A stretch of 64,000 nucleotides of DNA from the NCBI RefSeq assembly GCF_018350175.1, contig NC_058369.1, forward strand, positions 27,344,001-27,408,000. The letters are read 5' to 3'. Source of the DNA: Felis catus. Taxonomy: Eukaryota. Below the pieces are notes generated by a model. That model was not told the origin of the DNA and did no database searches. It was given only the letters and a program-made list of their open reading frames with translations. How positions within the stretch are numbered: position 1 is the first letter of the stretch; every line of letters begins with the position of its first letter. The translations under genes were made by a program, and so were the position numbers. Of this stretch, positions 24,714-36,653 are shown piece after piece.

Positions 24714-25042
24714 TAAAGAAATCATAGTCTCCCATTTCTTGACTCATACTCATGATCCCTATCCAGGGGAGAAGACAGAGTCTGTGCCCAGGGTAAGTGA
24801 CACCGCCCTAGCCCTGTATCCTGGAAAGCTCATGTCCTGCTCTGTGCCTCATAAAGCACTCACTCCCAGGCCAGCCAGGGTCTGTATCAAGCCCTTGTCT
24901 GCATTATCACACTTGATCTTCACTAAAGTCCCTTGAGACATACTTCTTTTTTAAATGATATGAATAGATGAGGGTGCTGAGGTTCGAAGTGGTAAAGAAT
25001 AACCATTTTACGTGGGGTATCTGTTGATTAAAAAATAGTGAT

Positions 25043-25225
25043 GGGGTGCCTGGGTGGCTTAGTTAGTTGGGCATCCAACTCTTGATTTTGGCTTGAGTCA
25101 TGATCTCATGGTTTGTGAGTTCAACCCCCGCATCATCAGTGTGGGGCTTGCTTGGGATTCTCTCTCTCTCCCTCTCTTTGCCCATCCCCCCCAAAATAAA
25201 TAAACTTTAAAAAAGAAAAGAAAAG
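25043..25225 (+). mobile_element. Can-SINE (internally shortened)
   Basis: ggggtgcctgggtggcttag head; TSD aaaatagtga at 25032-25041 and 25226-25235. Confidence 0.93.
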
Positions 25226-27472
25226 AAAATAGTGACAAATGACTATAATAAATTCAGTGGTTTTGGAGAAATTTGTATTTAATTCATTGCAACGACATCT
25301 ATCAACTTTGGAAAATGAGTTGCCATGCCTTCATTTAATATTTAAACAATGTTTTGAATGTCATGAATTCCAGGCCTTCTTGCAATTTTCATCCCCCTCC
25401 CAGGAGTGCTTGAGTCATGATTGACATCTTCTGATCACACCAGAGCCACTTGTTCCAGATTAGAAAGTTGAAGTTTAAAGAGGGCAAGTGATTTGGCCAA
25501 GGGCAAAGAATTTGCCAATGGCATAATGGAGCACAGACCTCGTCCTTCCATCTTTCTACTTAAAATTTTTACTACTCTATCTTACTCCCTCATAAGATGA
25601 ATGGATCATCTGCCTGAAGACCCTAGAAAAGGAAAATGATTAAATCAGGATAAGCAGGAGGGCTGTCAATCCTACTGGTAGGAGTTGCTGGAAGAACTCT
25701 GTGGGGAAGGATCTTGAGGCCCTGTTTCACTGCAAAACATGCTAGTGACTGATTGATAACGTTTGCCATGAGTACATGACTGGGAGTTAAGGCACCCGTG
25801 CCATGCCTTTGGATGTGAACCAGTCAAGTCTTGGTGGCTTTGTAGGTGCATGTAGGCTGGTTGTCCTCACAGTGCAGAGCCAAGTTCCACTTTCTTCATG
25901 ACTGTCCTTGCCAGGTCAAATGCCTTTAAAAATGAGCAGCAGAATGGTACTAACTCTGGGCATCTCCTTTCTTTCCCACTCCCCAGATCATGATTTTTTG
26001 TTAGAAGCAGACACTAGCAAAAGTTCTGAGTACTGTATGTATACAAAAACCTTCTCTGACAAGGAAACAGAGGTCATGCTGAATGGAGAGAAATTGGATC
26101 ATGGTACCTGGGGGTAGCCCTTGACATTTACTCAGAAATTTAAGCTGAAAAACTAAAGAATAGCATTTTAATTTTTCTCTGCTCCAAACCGTTTACCTCC
26201 ATTTACCTCCAAACCAGCAATTTATTGCTTCTAAGTCTGAGTACACAGCTGAGTCTGGACGTAGCATTAGGAAAGCACAATTTTCAGTAGAAAGCCCGAA
26301 TCCACAGACGGGGGTATTGACCAGAAATGTAAGGGCAAACTAATTCAATTACTTTCAGTGGAGTTTAACCTATAATCTTCACCCAAGCATATGGGTACCT
26401 CAGACAAAGAGAAAGAACTTTTTAAAAATTGATTGTTACCCTGCAAAAGAGCAGGCAGGAAGCTGGCCTTGCGTGGATGAGGTTTCTTTGGAGGGCCAGA
26501 AATCTGTTTCTGTCAGCATAGGAAAAACCATCGTGTAGCAAAGGAAGAAATGAAAACCAAAGTGGAAGTTAAACACTTTTTTTTTCTCCAGATGACCTGG
26601 TGTAATGATTAAAATGCTGAATTGCTTTTTTAAAAGGTTTTTCCACCAGAAGAATGTCAGAGCCACCCCCCCCCCACCAACCTGCTCCCTTCTTTCAAAA
26701 TATCTGCAAGAAAACATAAAATGGAATATATATTTATATACTTTTTTTCTTAAGAGGACTGGTAAACAATTTGATCTCTTTTATCTGCAAGTTTTGCCAA
26801 TGTTTTCATCAGTTCCTGTGGAGATGGCCTGTGATTCCACTTTTTCTTTGAACAAAGAATAAATTGGGTTTCTTTGCACTGAGAAATACAAGGCTCACTA
26901 AAAGTATGGACTTCAAGATAGTGCTTATTATACATTTGGGGAAAGCATATTGAAAAAATAGTGCCTAGTGCTGCTTGTACTGAGAAGCCTACTTTGGCTT
27001 CCACGAAGCTGCCGGAATCTTCTGGAAAAAGCCTGTGAGATATGCTCAGCTGGAGACATTGTTGGTATTTCCATTTGATTCTGATTCATTCACTTGTGTC
27101 TCCATTAGCAATTTTTAATTCAGCGTTCTGTGGAAAAAGCATATTGCTGGAAAACAGGTACATCTATGGGCATATGCCTGACATTAAAAAAAAATGAACA
27201 TAACGCACTCTATGCTCAAAATAAACAGGCTGTCTTTCCATTTCCCCATCGAACAATGTTTATGAACCTCTAAGGTGAGATTGCTAATGTATTTGCCACC
27301 ATCACTATCTCAGGTCTGGCTGTGTAATGGCTTAGTTCTAGTCTTTGAACCACCTAGGTGTCAGAATCATTGGCTAATCAGGAAGATGACCCTTCTCCAG
27401 GTGACCTGCCAGATTCAGGACAACAATGCCTCAAAACTAACCCAAGAAAGTTCTTATAGTTTACCTGTTCCT

Positions 27473-27590
27473 TTTTTTAAAGTTTATTTATTTTGAGAGA
27501 GAACACAAGCAGAGGAGTGACAGAGAGAGAGGGAGAGGGAGAGGGAGAGGGAGAGGGAGAGGGAGGGAGGGAGGGAGGGAGGGAGGGAGG

Positions 27591-27635
<45 letters not shown>

Positions 27636-27753
27636 AAGAATCCTAAGCAGGCTCTGCACTGTTAGCACAGAGCCTGATGCAGGGCTCAAACCCACAAACC
27701 ACTAGATCATGACCTGATCATGATCTCAACCAACTGAGCCACCTAGGCACCCC
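27473..27753 (-). mobile_element. Can-SINE with compound (GGGAGA)n(GGGA)n(GA)n expansion
   Basis: 17-bp TSD atagtttacctgttcct (27456-27472) and acagtttacctgttcct (27754-27770). Confidence 0.96.
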
Positions 27754-27849
27754 ACAGTTTACCTGTTCCTAATGGACAGTGTTATTTATGTTAATAGTAG
27801 TAATCTACTTCCTTTGTATTATGCACATTGAACAATAGTTAAACTCATA

Positions 27850-28075
27850 AAGCAGTTAGAATCCAGCAGATCTAAGATGGGTCTGAATTCTACTGTTCTC
27901 TAAGATCCTGGGAAGGACTCTTGACTTCTCTGTCTCCGTTTACTCACCCATACTTAAATTCTGTATTCCAATATATATGTACACACACACACGCACCTAT
28001 CTTAAAGGATTAAGTGAGAAAATGCTTGTGTAGTGCTTAGCACAGTGCTGGGCATATTCTCAGTTGCTAAACCAA
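27850..28075 (+). mobile_element. MIR
   Basis: aggattaagtgagaaaatgcttgtgtagtgcttagcacagtgctgggcata. Confidence 0.8.
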
Positions 28076-28599
28076 TGATTAGATAACATTTTTGACATTT
28101 ATAAGTAGTTTTGCATTTCACAAAGGTGCTATCTTGAGTAGCATCTGAAAAGCAATTTGGTGTCCACATTAACATCCCTCTTTGAATGTGATTTTAATAC
28201 TACAGATTATTTGGGCCACATCTCTTAGCTCATTCGAAAATAATACGTTGACTGCAATTAAACATACTTCCTCCATGACCCTGACCCACTGGGAAGCCAT
28301 GATGTCCTGAAGAAACATGTCAGCTGCTACAAGTATTGGCCTTGGGTTGAGTCTTAGGGACTCAACTTAAGCTTCTGTAAGCTCTAAACAACCATGAGGA
28401 AGATTTTCTTCTAATAATTAAAAAAAAACTCTAAGCAAAATAATGATAATAATAATGATCCAGCTCACATTTGAAGTAGATTCTCAAAGTATTAGTATCT
28501 CTTCAATTATAGAAAATTCTTAGCCTTATCTCTGAAAATTGACGTACTCTACATTCTTATGAAGCTTGTGTGAAACCTAGATTTATTGTCCCTATTGTC

Positions 28600-29100
28600 T
28601 TAGAGCTGCTTTTATGTTGTCTCCTTATTTGAGCCCAGGTTCTGAGTGGTTTCCTCAGTTCCAGAAAGCCGGATCTTTTTTCAGGTGTATCCATCCAATA
28701 TGTTGTTCCACCTGCTCATTGTAGTCTTAAGTTTAATGACTAGATGTTCTGTTGCCAATGTTCTCTTTGATTCTCCTTCAAATCCTCATGATTCTTTAAA
28801 AGTAATTTTCTGTTCTTTCACTAAGGTTTCGGTGACTTCTTTATCTTTAATAATTTTGAACACATTTGTTTTATAGTTTCAATCAGATGATTATCTTCCA
28901 TTCTTGAGATGCTAATTCTCCCACTTGCTGTATCAGCTGATTCTCCCTCTTGGTACTTTGTGTTCTTGTACAGGTCATCTTATTTAAAAAAAAAATCATT
29001 GGGCTTATCATTTGTGTTGAGGGTGTGGTGGGGTAGGGACTTCTTTACAAGTCCTTTATGTCCTGGATCATAGAAATATCACCATAGAACAGTGAAACAT
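28600..29100 (-). mobile_element. Very old L1 (L1ME-like) 5'/ORF1-region fragment
   Basis: T-rich + strand with tctttaataattttgaacacatttgttttatag and ctgtatcagctgattctccctcttgg, typical of antisense old L1; limits uncertain. Confidence 0.55.
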
Positions 29101-29743
29101 GTAAGTCTCCTTTAATTCTTTGTGTGTTTGGTCAGCTGGGGGTTCCCATTCCCTATGTCAATTTGGACCTATAATTGATCATCATGTGATATATACTGTG
29201 GGCTTTGATGCCTGTGTGTGTAACTGTTTCTTCCACCTGTAACTCCAGATAGAGTGCAGTCACATTCTGCAACTCTAGGCAAACAAAGAGATTTAATGGC
29301 TTTTCTCTCACAGAAAAGAAAAGTATTCAAAGCCTCCAGCATTTCTGTTGTGGGCTTGAGTACAGTTTCTAGCCTCCATTGTCCAAAAAGTCACCATGGT
29401 ATAAGTTCCATTCAGACTTTGTGACCCTCTTTGTTTTTGGACACCTGGATATTACTTCTCCTTGCAGACTCTGATATGGAAGTACTTACTGGTTTTATTC
29501 TTTTTATGTTTTGTTTGTTCTTCCATTCTTTTGTTTTTAACAGGGATGGATACCCTTCAGTGTTTGTTTAGTGCTCTGGGTTGCCCCTGAATCTTAGCAC
29601 AGCTCAAGCCTGCCTGGCTTAAGTCATGAGAAATGGTCAAAGCATCAAGCCCAGAACTGATCCATTGCTTTGATTATAAAGTTTGGGCCTTTTGGTAAAG
29701 ATACAACAAAATTATACCACCCATTTTATTTGTCTTTAATTCC

Positions 29744-29758
29744 TGCATGTGTGCATGC

Positions 29759-29807
<49 letters not shown>
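29744..29807. repeat. (GT)n microsatellite within a 64-bp perfect purine/pyrimidine alternation
   Basis: tgcatgtgtgcatgcgcgcac(gt)n a. Confidence 0.97.
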
Positions 29808-29811
<4 letters not shown>

Positions 29812-30371
29812 CCCTCGGCGTTTAATCATTTGAAAATAGAAAAAGCAATTTCTCATGAGGATGCCTCCTTACCTAAAGAATAAACTAGAAAACATTCTTT
29901 TCTACAAATCAGCTCCAGATTATCTGAAAATCTAAAAGATTAAGTGAGGGCAGTTTGTTTTCCCCTAGTACTGCAAGCCAGTGATTGTGTTTTCAGCAAT
30001 GAATAGATCACACCAGTGCTGGGCTAATGTTTTTCCAGTATCCAAGTGGCACATAAGTTATAAAATCCTTATGAGAATTTTAGCCAACACCATTTCTTAT
30101 TGATATAGTAATACTGAGGCATCTCAATAGTTATTAATCTATAGAAACATAATCTGGGTTCCAAAAATGTTCTATTGTAACAATAAAAACAAAATAGTTC
30201 TTAGAGAGTTTTCTATTCTCTCTTTAAAAAATATCCTGTGGCCCCAAATAGGCACATTTTCCTGTGATAGAACCAGCATGAAGGTCAATATTTGGGACCT
30301 GAGAGGTGGAAGAGGGGAAGAGAGGGTAGAAATAGAAGGTTATGGCCCTTTCTTTCTAGCTGACAATACAA

Positions 30372-30746
30372 TAGGGCCACAACTGAGTAAAGCAACTGAG
30401 GTGTTCGTGTCAGGCACAAAATTTAGGGGGATTCCAAGAAACTCAGCAATTAAGGTACATGATGTTTTAATGCCATCTTTCTTAAAAAGTCAAACTGGCA
30501 AACTATGAGCCCTGGGCTATCCCCTGCTGTGGTGAAAAAGGTTTCATTAGAATCAGGTCCAGGATAAGGGTGAGGTGAGTGAAACAGAGTTGTCTATGTG
30601 CATGGTCAGATACTTTTGATACTTTGTTCATTGTGTGAGTTTTGCATTAACTTTAAGATATTGCCTTAAATATTACTGATCTTTGTTACCCCCTTAATTG
30701 TGCATCCAAGTGGAGTGCCTCACTTCTGTCACCAGGGTCTGGCCCT
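30372..30746. mobile_element. MER96B-like hAT MITE
   Basis: Degenerate TIRs agggcc...aaaatttaggggg and cccccttaattgtgc...ggccct; internal agggtgaggtgagtgaa. Confidence 0.8.
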
Positions 30747-30809
30747 TTGGTGGAAAGCTATGGCAGAGACATGGTGAGGTCTGAGCTGTTACCTTGGCAT
30801 GGCTAGTAA

Positions 30810-30990
30810 TGTAGGCACCAAATCTGCACTTTGGCAGGTGTGACCTTCTTCCAGGTACTTCACCTTCCATGTCTCCCCTGCAAAGTGGTGGCAATAATGG
30901 TACTTCTCTTATAGGATTGTATTGAGGATTGTCATAGGCAGCACAGCACAGTGCCCAGCACATAGGTCAGTGAGTGTAAGTTAGTGGCAA
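30810..30990 (+). mobile_element. MIR
   Basis: aataatggtacttctcttataggattgtattgaggatt...cagcacagtgcccagcacatag. Confidence 0.85.
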
Positions 30991-31077
30991 CAGTGATGAT
31001 AATGAAAGAGAGGTTCTGTAAGCTCTAAACAAAGGCACGTTGTTTAGGGCCTTGGTTGTCTTGCTAAGCATTTTGCT

Positions 31078-31172
31078 CTAATTGTGGTAAAACAAACATC
31101 ACTTGAAGTTTACCATTTTAACCATTTTTCATTAGTGCATCCACATTGTTCTGTAATTATCTCCAGAATTTC
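31078..31172 (-). mobile_element. Short L1MB 3'-terminal remnant
   Basis: attgtggtaaaa...tttaccattttaaccattttt; same motif as 50895-50950. Confidence 0.7.
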
Positions 31173-31565
31173 TACGCATTTTGAACTCTCTCCTGTGAGC
31201 TTGAAAGGACCCTGGAAGGCTTTGGAGAAGAAAACTGGCCTAAAGGAGCATGTGGGGGAAATAAATGTGGGCGGATAATCCAGAATGATGCAGAGTAAGA
31301 AAGAACAGGGGGCAGGAGGTGATTAGGAGGGTCCTTCAGTCGTCTGAATGTGAAGTGGCAAAGTCACTGACCAAGGAGGTGACTACAATAATAAAGAGAA
31401 AGGACAGAGGAGGAGGGTGGGAAGGTCATTAGACATTGAGAAAAGAGAAGGGTGGGAAGGAATCAGACTCAGGTGAGATTTCGAAAGAAGATTCAATTCA
31501 TTAAAAAGTTGCTTTAAGGCATAGAGACAGTGGAGCTGCAGATCAGACAGAGGCTCCCCTCTCAA

Positions 31566-32281
31566 GGCAGTGTGTTGTGACCAGCTCCAATCACAAGCAG
31601 AACTAAGTCTTAAACTTTCAGGAACTTTATGAGCTAATTGTTAAACCTAACCAAAATTAAATACTAAACCTACAGTTAAATAAATTACATTAAAAACAAA
31701 GGTTAAAAGGACTCAACGGCCATCATTTCCTAATCATGTGATTCCATTTTCATATTGTCTCTATCTCTGTGGTCATTACAACTACTGTATCTGTGTAGTG
31801 AAATGCTCCATAATTGTGTGCCACTGAACATCCCTTCCCAACTCTATGTTCACTGCCATGGTGTGAGTAGCTGGAAACTGGCCGTGGTGTGGATATTTAT
31901 ACCAGGAGATTGGTAGAGGCTATCAGATGGGGCTGGATTCATCATTACCTTGATTGTCTCCACCTAGGAAGGTAATGGGAAAGTGATAATGATGCTACCT
32001 TATGCTTAAAAGTGTGTTGCATCAACAGTCATTACACTATAACTATCTGTGAAATCAAGGTGAATGGCTGTGAAGACAAAGGGTCAGCAAAAGTCAACAA
32101 AACCATTGTATGCCAATCAATTGCAATCAATTAGAATTTAACATAAAGAATATCACAAATTTTGTTGTGTGTAAATTGTATGCTACATATCCTTTGTATC
32201 AGTAAAACTTAAATTTTTAAAATTCTCTACCCACATAAATATTTTGGGGCAATCAGTTGACCGTTTGCCAGAACACCACTG
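31566..32281 (+). mobile_element. MER63 (long form) hAT element
   Basis: aaactttcaggaac...ttaaataaattacattaaaaacaaagg, cttcccaactc...gttca, terminal ccagaacaccactg. Confidence 0.88.
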
Positions 32282-32489
32282 ACTATAATCTTCTGTGATA
32301 AAGAAATTTATTGTATCACAGGTATGTATTATTGAATCAACCTTAAACCTGCCTTTCTGAAGGACAAATGACTTATTTTCCAGTCCAAATGGAAAACTGG
32401 ACACATTCTCTACTTAGTAAACAGTGAAGCGTGTTTCTCTGGGAAAACCACAGCAATTCCAACACCTTACTTCTTTACCCTTATCACCA

Positions 32490-32690
32490 GCAATAGTTAG
32501 CACTGTTTGAGCATGACTCTATACCAGACACCACGCAATGTGCTTTATTCACATTTTTGTCCCCACTCAGCTTTGCAAGCTAGGTCCCACTGTCACCCAT
32601 TTTGTAGATGGAAAGACCAAGGCAGACTTCCTCATAAGGTTGTACAATTGGCAAAAGGGGAGGGAGAGATCTGAATGCAGACCTCTCTGA
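32490..32690 (-). mobile_element. MIR
   Basis: cacccattttgtagatggaaagaccaaggc. Confidence 0.75.
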
Positions 32691-35600
32691 TTCTTTTTGA
32701 CCTCTTGATTCAGATACCTTCTCTATAGTTCCTTTAAAAATGTATATATAGAAAAGCTTTACTTCACAAAGGATATATTTTTGGCAGCAGTTATCCATCA
32801 GTTGTTATGTTCCCAGTGCCCTGAGGGACATTGGGCAAGTCTCATGAGAAGTCTACAAAGAGGCTTCCGACTTGCAGGAGTTGATTCTGTCTCCAAGCTC
32901 CTGTGGGCTCAAGGCTGTCCTCATCAGCTCTGCCCATTCTACAAGAAGAGGACTCACTTCCCAAACTGCACTTCTGTCACAGCTGATCCCACTTGCACTT
33001 CATTTGCTCCAAAGCCAAGACAGTCCTTTCTTGTGCCACTTATATTCGTGTCCTAAATCCCCCTTGAAGAGTTCACTTGCTCCTCCTCTTCTGTGTCCTT
33101 TAAGGAAATAGGATGATGATGCAGAAATCAAGCAGGAGGTACTTCGAGCCAAGAGGGCCTTACCAGGTGGTACAGTTTTATCTTCAGTTACAGAGCCTCC
33201 CATCAAAATTTTGTGCTGCTGTGCAAGCTCTCAGCTGCTCCATTTGGGTTGTGTCCAAGACAAGAAATTTCAAGGGCTGTTGAACACTGTTGTTTCCCAA
33301 GTGGATCAGTACAAGAACTTTTGACGTCAGAGTCTTGGGAATCTGATACACTGGAGGAAATTTTCAGCACCGGATGGTCTTAAAAGTCCCCTTTCCCCCA
33401 CATTCCAACATGAGCCTGCATTCACAAACACCTTAGGCTCAACTGGCTGGAATGGAGAGCTGAGTTGAAGATTCTTGTTCTTCCCCCTTAATTCCTTTTT
33501 CTATGTCCACTTACCAAGAAATTTTCTTTGCCTTCTGCTTTCAAACTAGGCCAGTAATTAGGAGAGAAGTCGGAAATAGTGTTGATACGCATCTGTGTTG
33601 CAAACAGAAGCTCTAATAAAGCAAGACAGAATCAAGGTCGGCTAAAGATAGAACAGAGATCCTTCTGTTCACCAATGATTGAAAAATGAAGATTCTAAAC
33701 ATTAAAAACAATATAAATAAACCAAATATAAACAAACATGCATATTGATATTTATATAAATGTTTAAGCACATACACATACAATGGCATTTTTTTTTATA
33801 AGAGACAAAGAGAGGAAGGGGCCCACTCCTTTTTGTGAACAGGAGAACCCACTGTCCAAATGTACATGTGGGAGTGCCCTGTGTTTAGAATCATACAAAT
33901 ATAGAGCTGATGCTTGTCCTTGAGGGGCCTACAGCCTACATTTCCCAAATTGGAAAATACATTGTTTTGCACAAGCCCTAGTAATATCACCAATAATCCT
34001 TATTTTACTATCCACCAGCTGTCTTCTCTGTGCTCAGAGTTAATACTTCCAGTGCATGATCTCATTCCCTCTCCCCATCATCACCAGGAGGAGGCAGGTG
34101 ATTGGGTTTACATTCTAGCCAAAGGAAGTTGAGATGGCTTAAGCTATTTGTTCACTGTTACAGAACTAGGAGGAGGCAAGCTAAGATTAGATCTTGGGTC
34201 TTCTGATTCTGGAGTAAGGAAACTTAGCCTCTGTGCTAGGGCTGGGGAAAGGGTCTGGGGAACACACACACCTAGATTCAAAGCCCACCTCTGCCACTTC
34301 CCATTTTAATGTAGTTTGGGGGTGGTGGGGGGAATTTGCTTTCCCTTCCCGAGCCTCAGTTTCCCCCACTGCAATTAGAGCCAATGTTGTGACAGTGGAA
34401 GAGAATGTCCGTGAAGAACTCAAAACAGGACGTGGCATGTGGACAAGAGGAATTAGAAACTGATTTGTGGGACAAATTCTGTTGTGAAATGATGCCCAGT
34501 CTTTAGCAGGTAAGTTTGAGCTGTGAGTGAAGAGAATTATTATAAAAACCCACCTCATCTGACATTTCTTCACTTATTAGTTATTCACTTGTTCATCCAT
34601 TCAACAAATACTAAGCATCTACTCTGCTGTGAGACATTTTCTTCTGTTATTTGTGTGTAGTTTAAAAAGTAAAAAACAACCTGAAAACCATACTGTGCAG
34701 CAGATGTAGTTTCTGAGGCAACTTTTTGGCATTTTCCAGCCTAACCGTTCACACCCCCTGTTGTATTGCAGGCACCAGGCTAAGTTCAAGGTGGACAGAA
34801 TGCATTTCCCACCATGTTGGGATGAGGGCTTATGGTCTAGCCTGAGAATCAGCATGCAGCATTAGAAGGGTGTGAACAGTGTTCTGACCACAAAGAAGAG
34901 GGAGGGACTCAAGATAACTTTTGAGTGTGTTGGGGAGATGGAAGCCGGGGTGGTCGTCCTGGGAAGCAGTGAGAAACCCAGCATGTCTGGAGCATCAGGT
35001 GCAAGGTAGCTTGGGGGTGGAGTGTCCATTTACCCTTTGGAATATAGTCTTACCGTTGGCATGGCAACTGCTGCAAAATAAATTCAAGGTGGTGCTTCAA
35101 ATGATGCCTCCGAGACTGTCCAGGAGTCATTTAAATTGCTTGTTTGTTATGTATAAGAATTTGCCTAACCTCCAACCTGCAACTATAGCTTGGCAATCTC
35201 TTGTTTATTGTGCTGGTATTGTTTCTTGAGTCATTATTCTCCTTAAACCTTTTTTTTTTTTTTTTTTTTTGCTTTTAATTCTGTCCATCTAGAAAATATG
35301 TCCAGGCATTGTGTTGATATTCCTAGGCTCCCTTGAGATACCCTAGGCCTTTCCTTTCTTCCTCTGATGGAAATGCTGCCAGGGTGCTGTTTGCCGTTTC
35401 ATTTCTCACCCCTGGATCCCTGCACTGAGCTTGGTAGATGTCATGGTCGCTCAGTCCATCATGCCTCCTTCCTACTGTGGATTTGTGGAATGGCTTAGAA
35501 TTCAGTCTCCTTAGGGCAGAACAGAGGTTGCTCCTTCTAGGATGAGGAATGAGACAGTCAATGCTGGCACCATGAAAGCATCATAGATACAAACCTGCCC

Positions 35601-36229
35601 TACAAACCAACATCACACATTTGCTATCCTTGACTGATAATAAAAAAGAATACATAAAAAACAGATAAATGACTTAGGGTGCCTTTTCCCATTCAGGGTT
35701 CTAAAGCCAACAAAAGTCTTACCTTCTTAGATTGGTGGTAGATTTTCCAAAGCAAAATAAATGTCTAAATCTCTTTCTGCTTCATGTGTGTGTGTGTGTA
35801 TCTGTGTGGGTATGAGAGATAGAACACCAACCACAGGGGGTCGGGGAGGGTGGGGTTGGAAGTGGCCAATGTGGCTTCAGCTTATTCGGGAGAGTTGATC
35901 TGTCCACCTTTCCAGGAGAAACTGAATATAAAACCTTTAGGCATGAAAAGAACCTCTCACATATGGACTCTTTGGGGATTCAATTCACACTCTTCTCTGC
36001 TTCCTTTCTCACTGTCTCTTTTGAACTTGAGGGAAAAGCATTTCCTATGCTGCTCACTTCTCTAGCTCTCAGATAATAAAGAGAAAGAACTAAGGGGCTT
36101 AAATGTCAAGATTTGTAGAATTTGGCAAACTGGCCCCAAAAGGTTTGCAGTTTGAGTGATGGGTTTGCGTCAGGCATGGTGACAATGACAGGAAAGGGGT
36201 CCAAGCAGGCAATACAGCAGACACTCCTT

Positions 36230-36442
36230 TAGCCCTTACTCTGTTCCAGGTACTGTGCTGAGGACTATTCATTAATTCATCTAATCTTCCAAATGATCTT
36301 ACAAGGTAATAACAGTATTAGTGTTATTACATCCTTTTTGCAGATGAGGGAACTGATGTTTGAGAGATAGGTAATGGGACCAAGTCCTCACAGCTAAGAA
36401 GCGTGATAGCTGGGACTTGAATCCTTGCATCCGACTATAGAA
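36230..36442 (-). mobile_element. MIR, interrupted at its end by MER20
   Basis: ccaggtactgtgctgag...gcagatgagggaactga...cacagctaagaag...gctgggacttgaatcc. Confidence 0.85.
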
Positions 36443-36653
36443 CAGTAGTTCTCAATCGGGGGTGATTTTGCACCCCTATGGGATGTTTGACCATGTCTGA
36501 AGACATTTTTTAATTGTCACAACTTTGGTAGGGGAGGCCTCTGCTACTGACATCTAGTGGGTAGAGGTGAAGGATGCTGTTAAACACCCTGCCCCTTAAC
36601 AACAAAATATTATCAATCCCAAATGTTCTGAGTGCCTAGGCTGAAAAACCCTG
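36443..36653 (+). mobile_element. MER20 hAT-Charlie MITE, near full length
   Basis: cagtagttctcaatcgggggtgattttgc...catctagtgggtagagg...ggctgaaaaaccctg. Confidence 0.93.

Noticed and set aside
28346..28366. Hairpin as a miRNA precursor or terminator (also 31022-31050)
   Set aside because: The 8-11 bp stems are too short for a pre-miRNA and match no mature miRNA I know; intrinsic terminators do not apply here.
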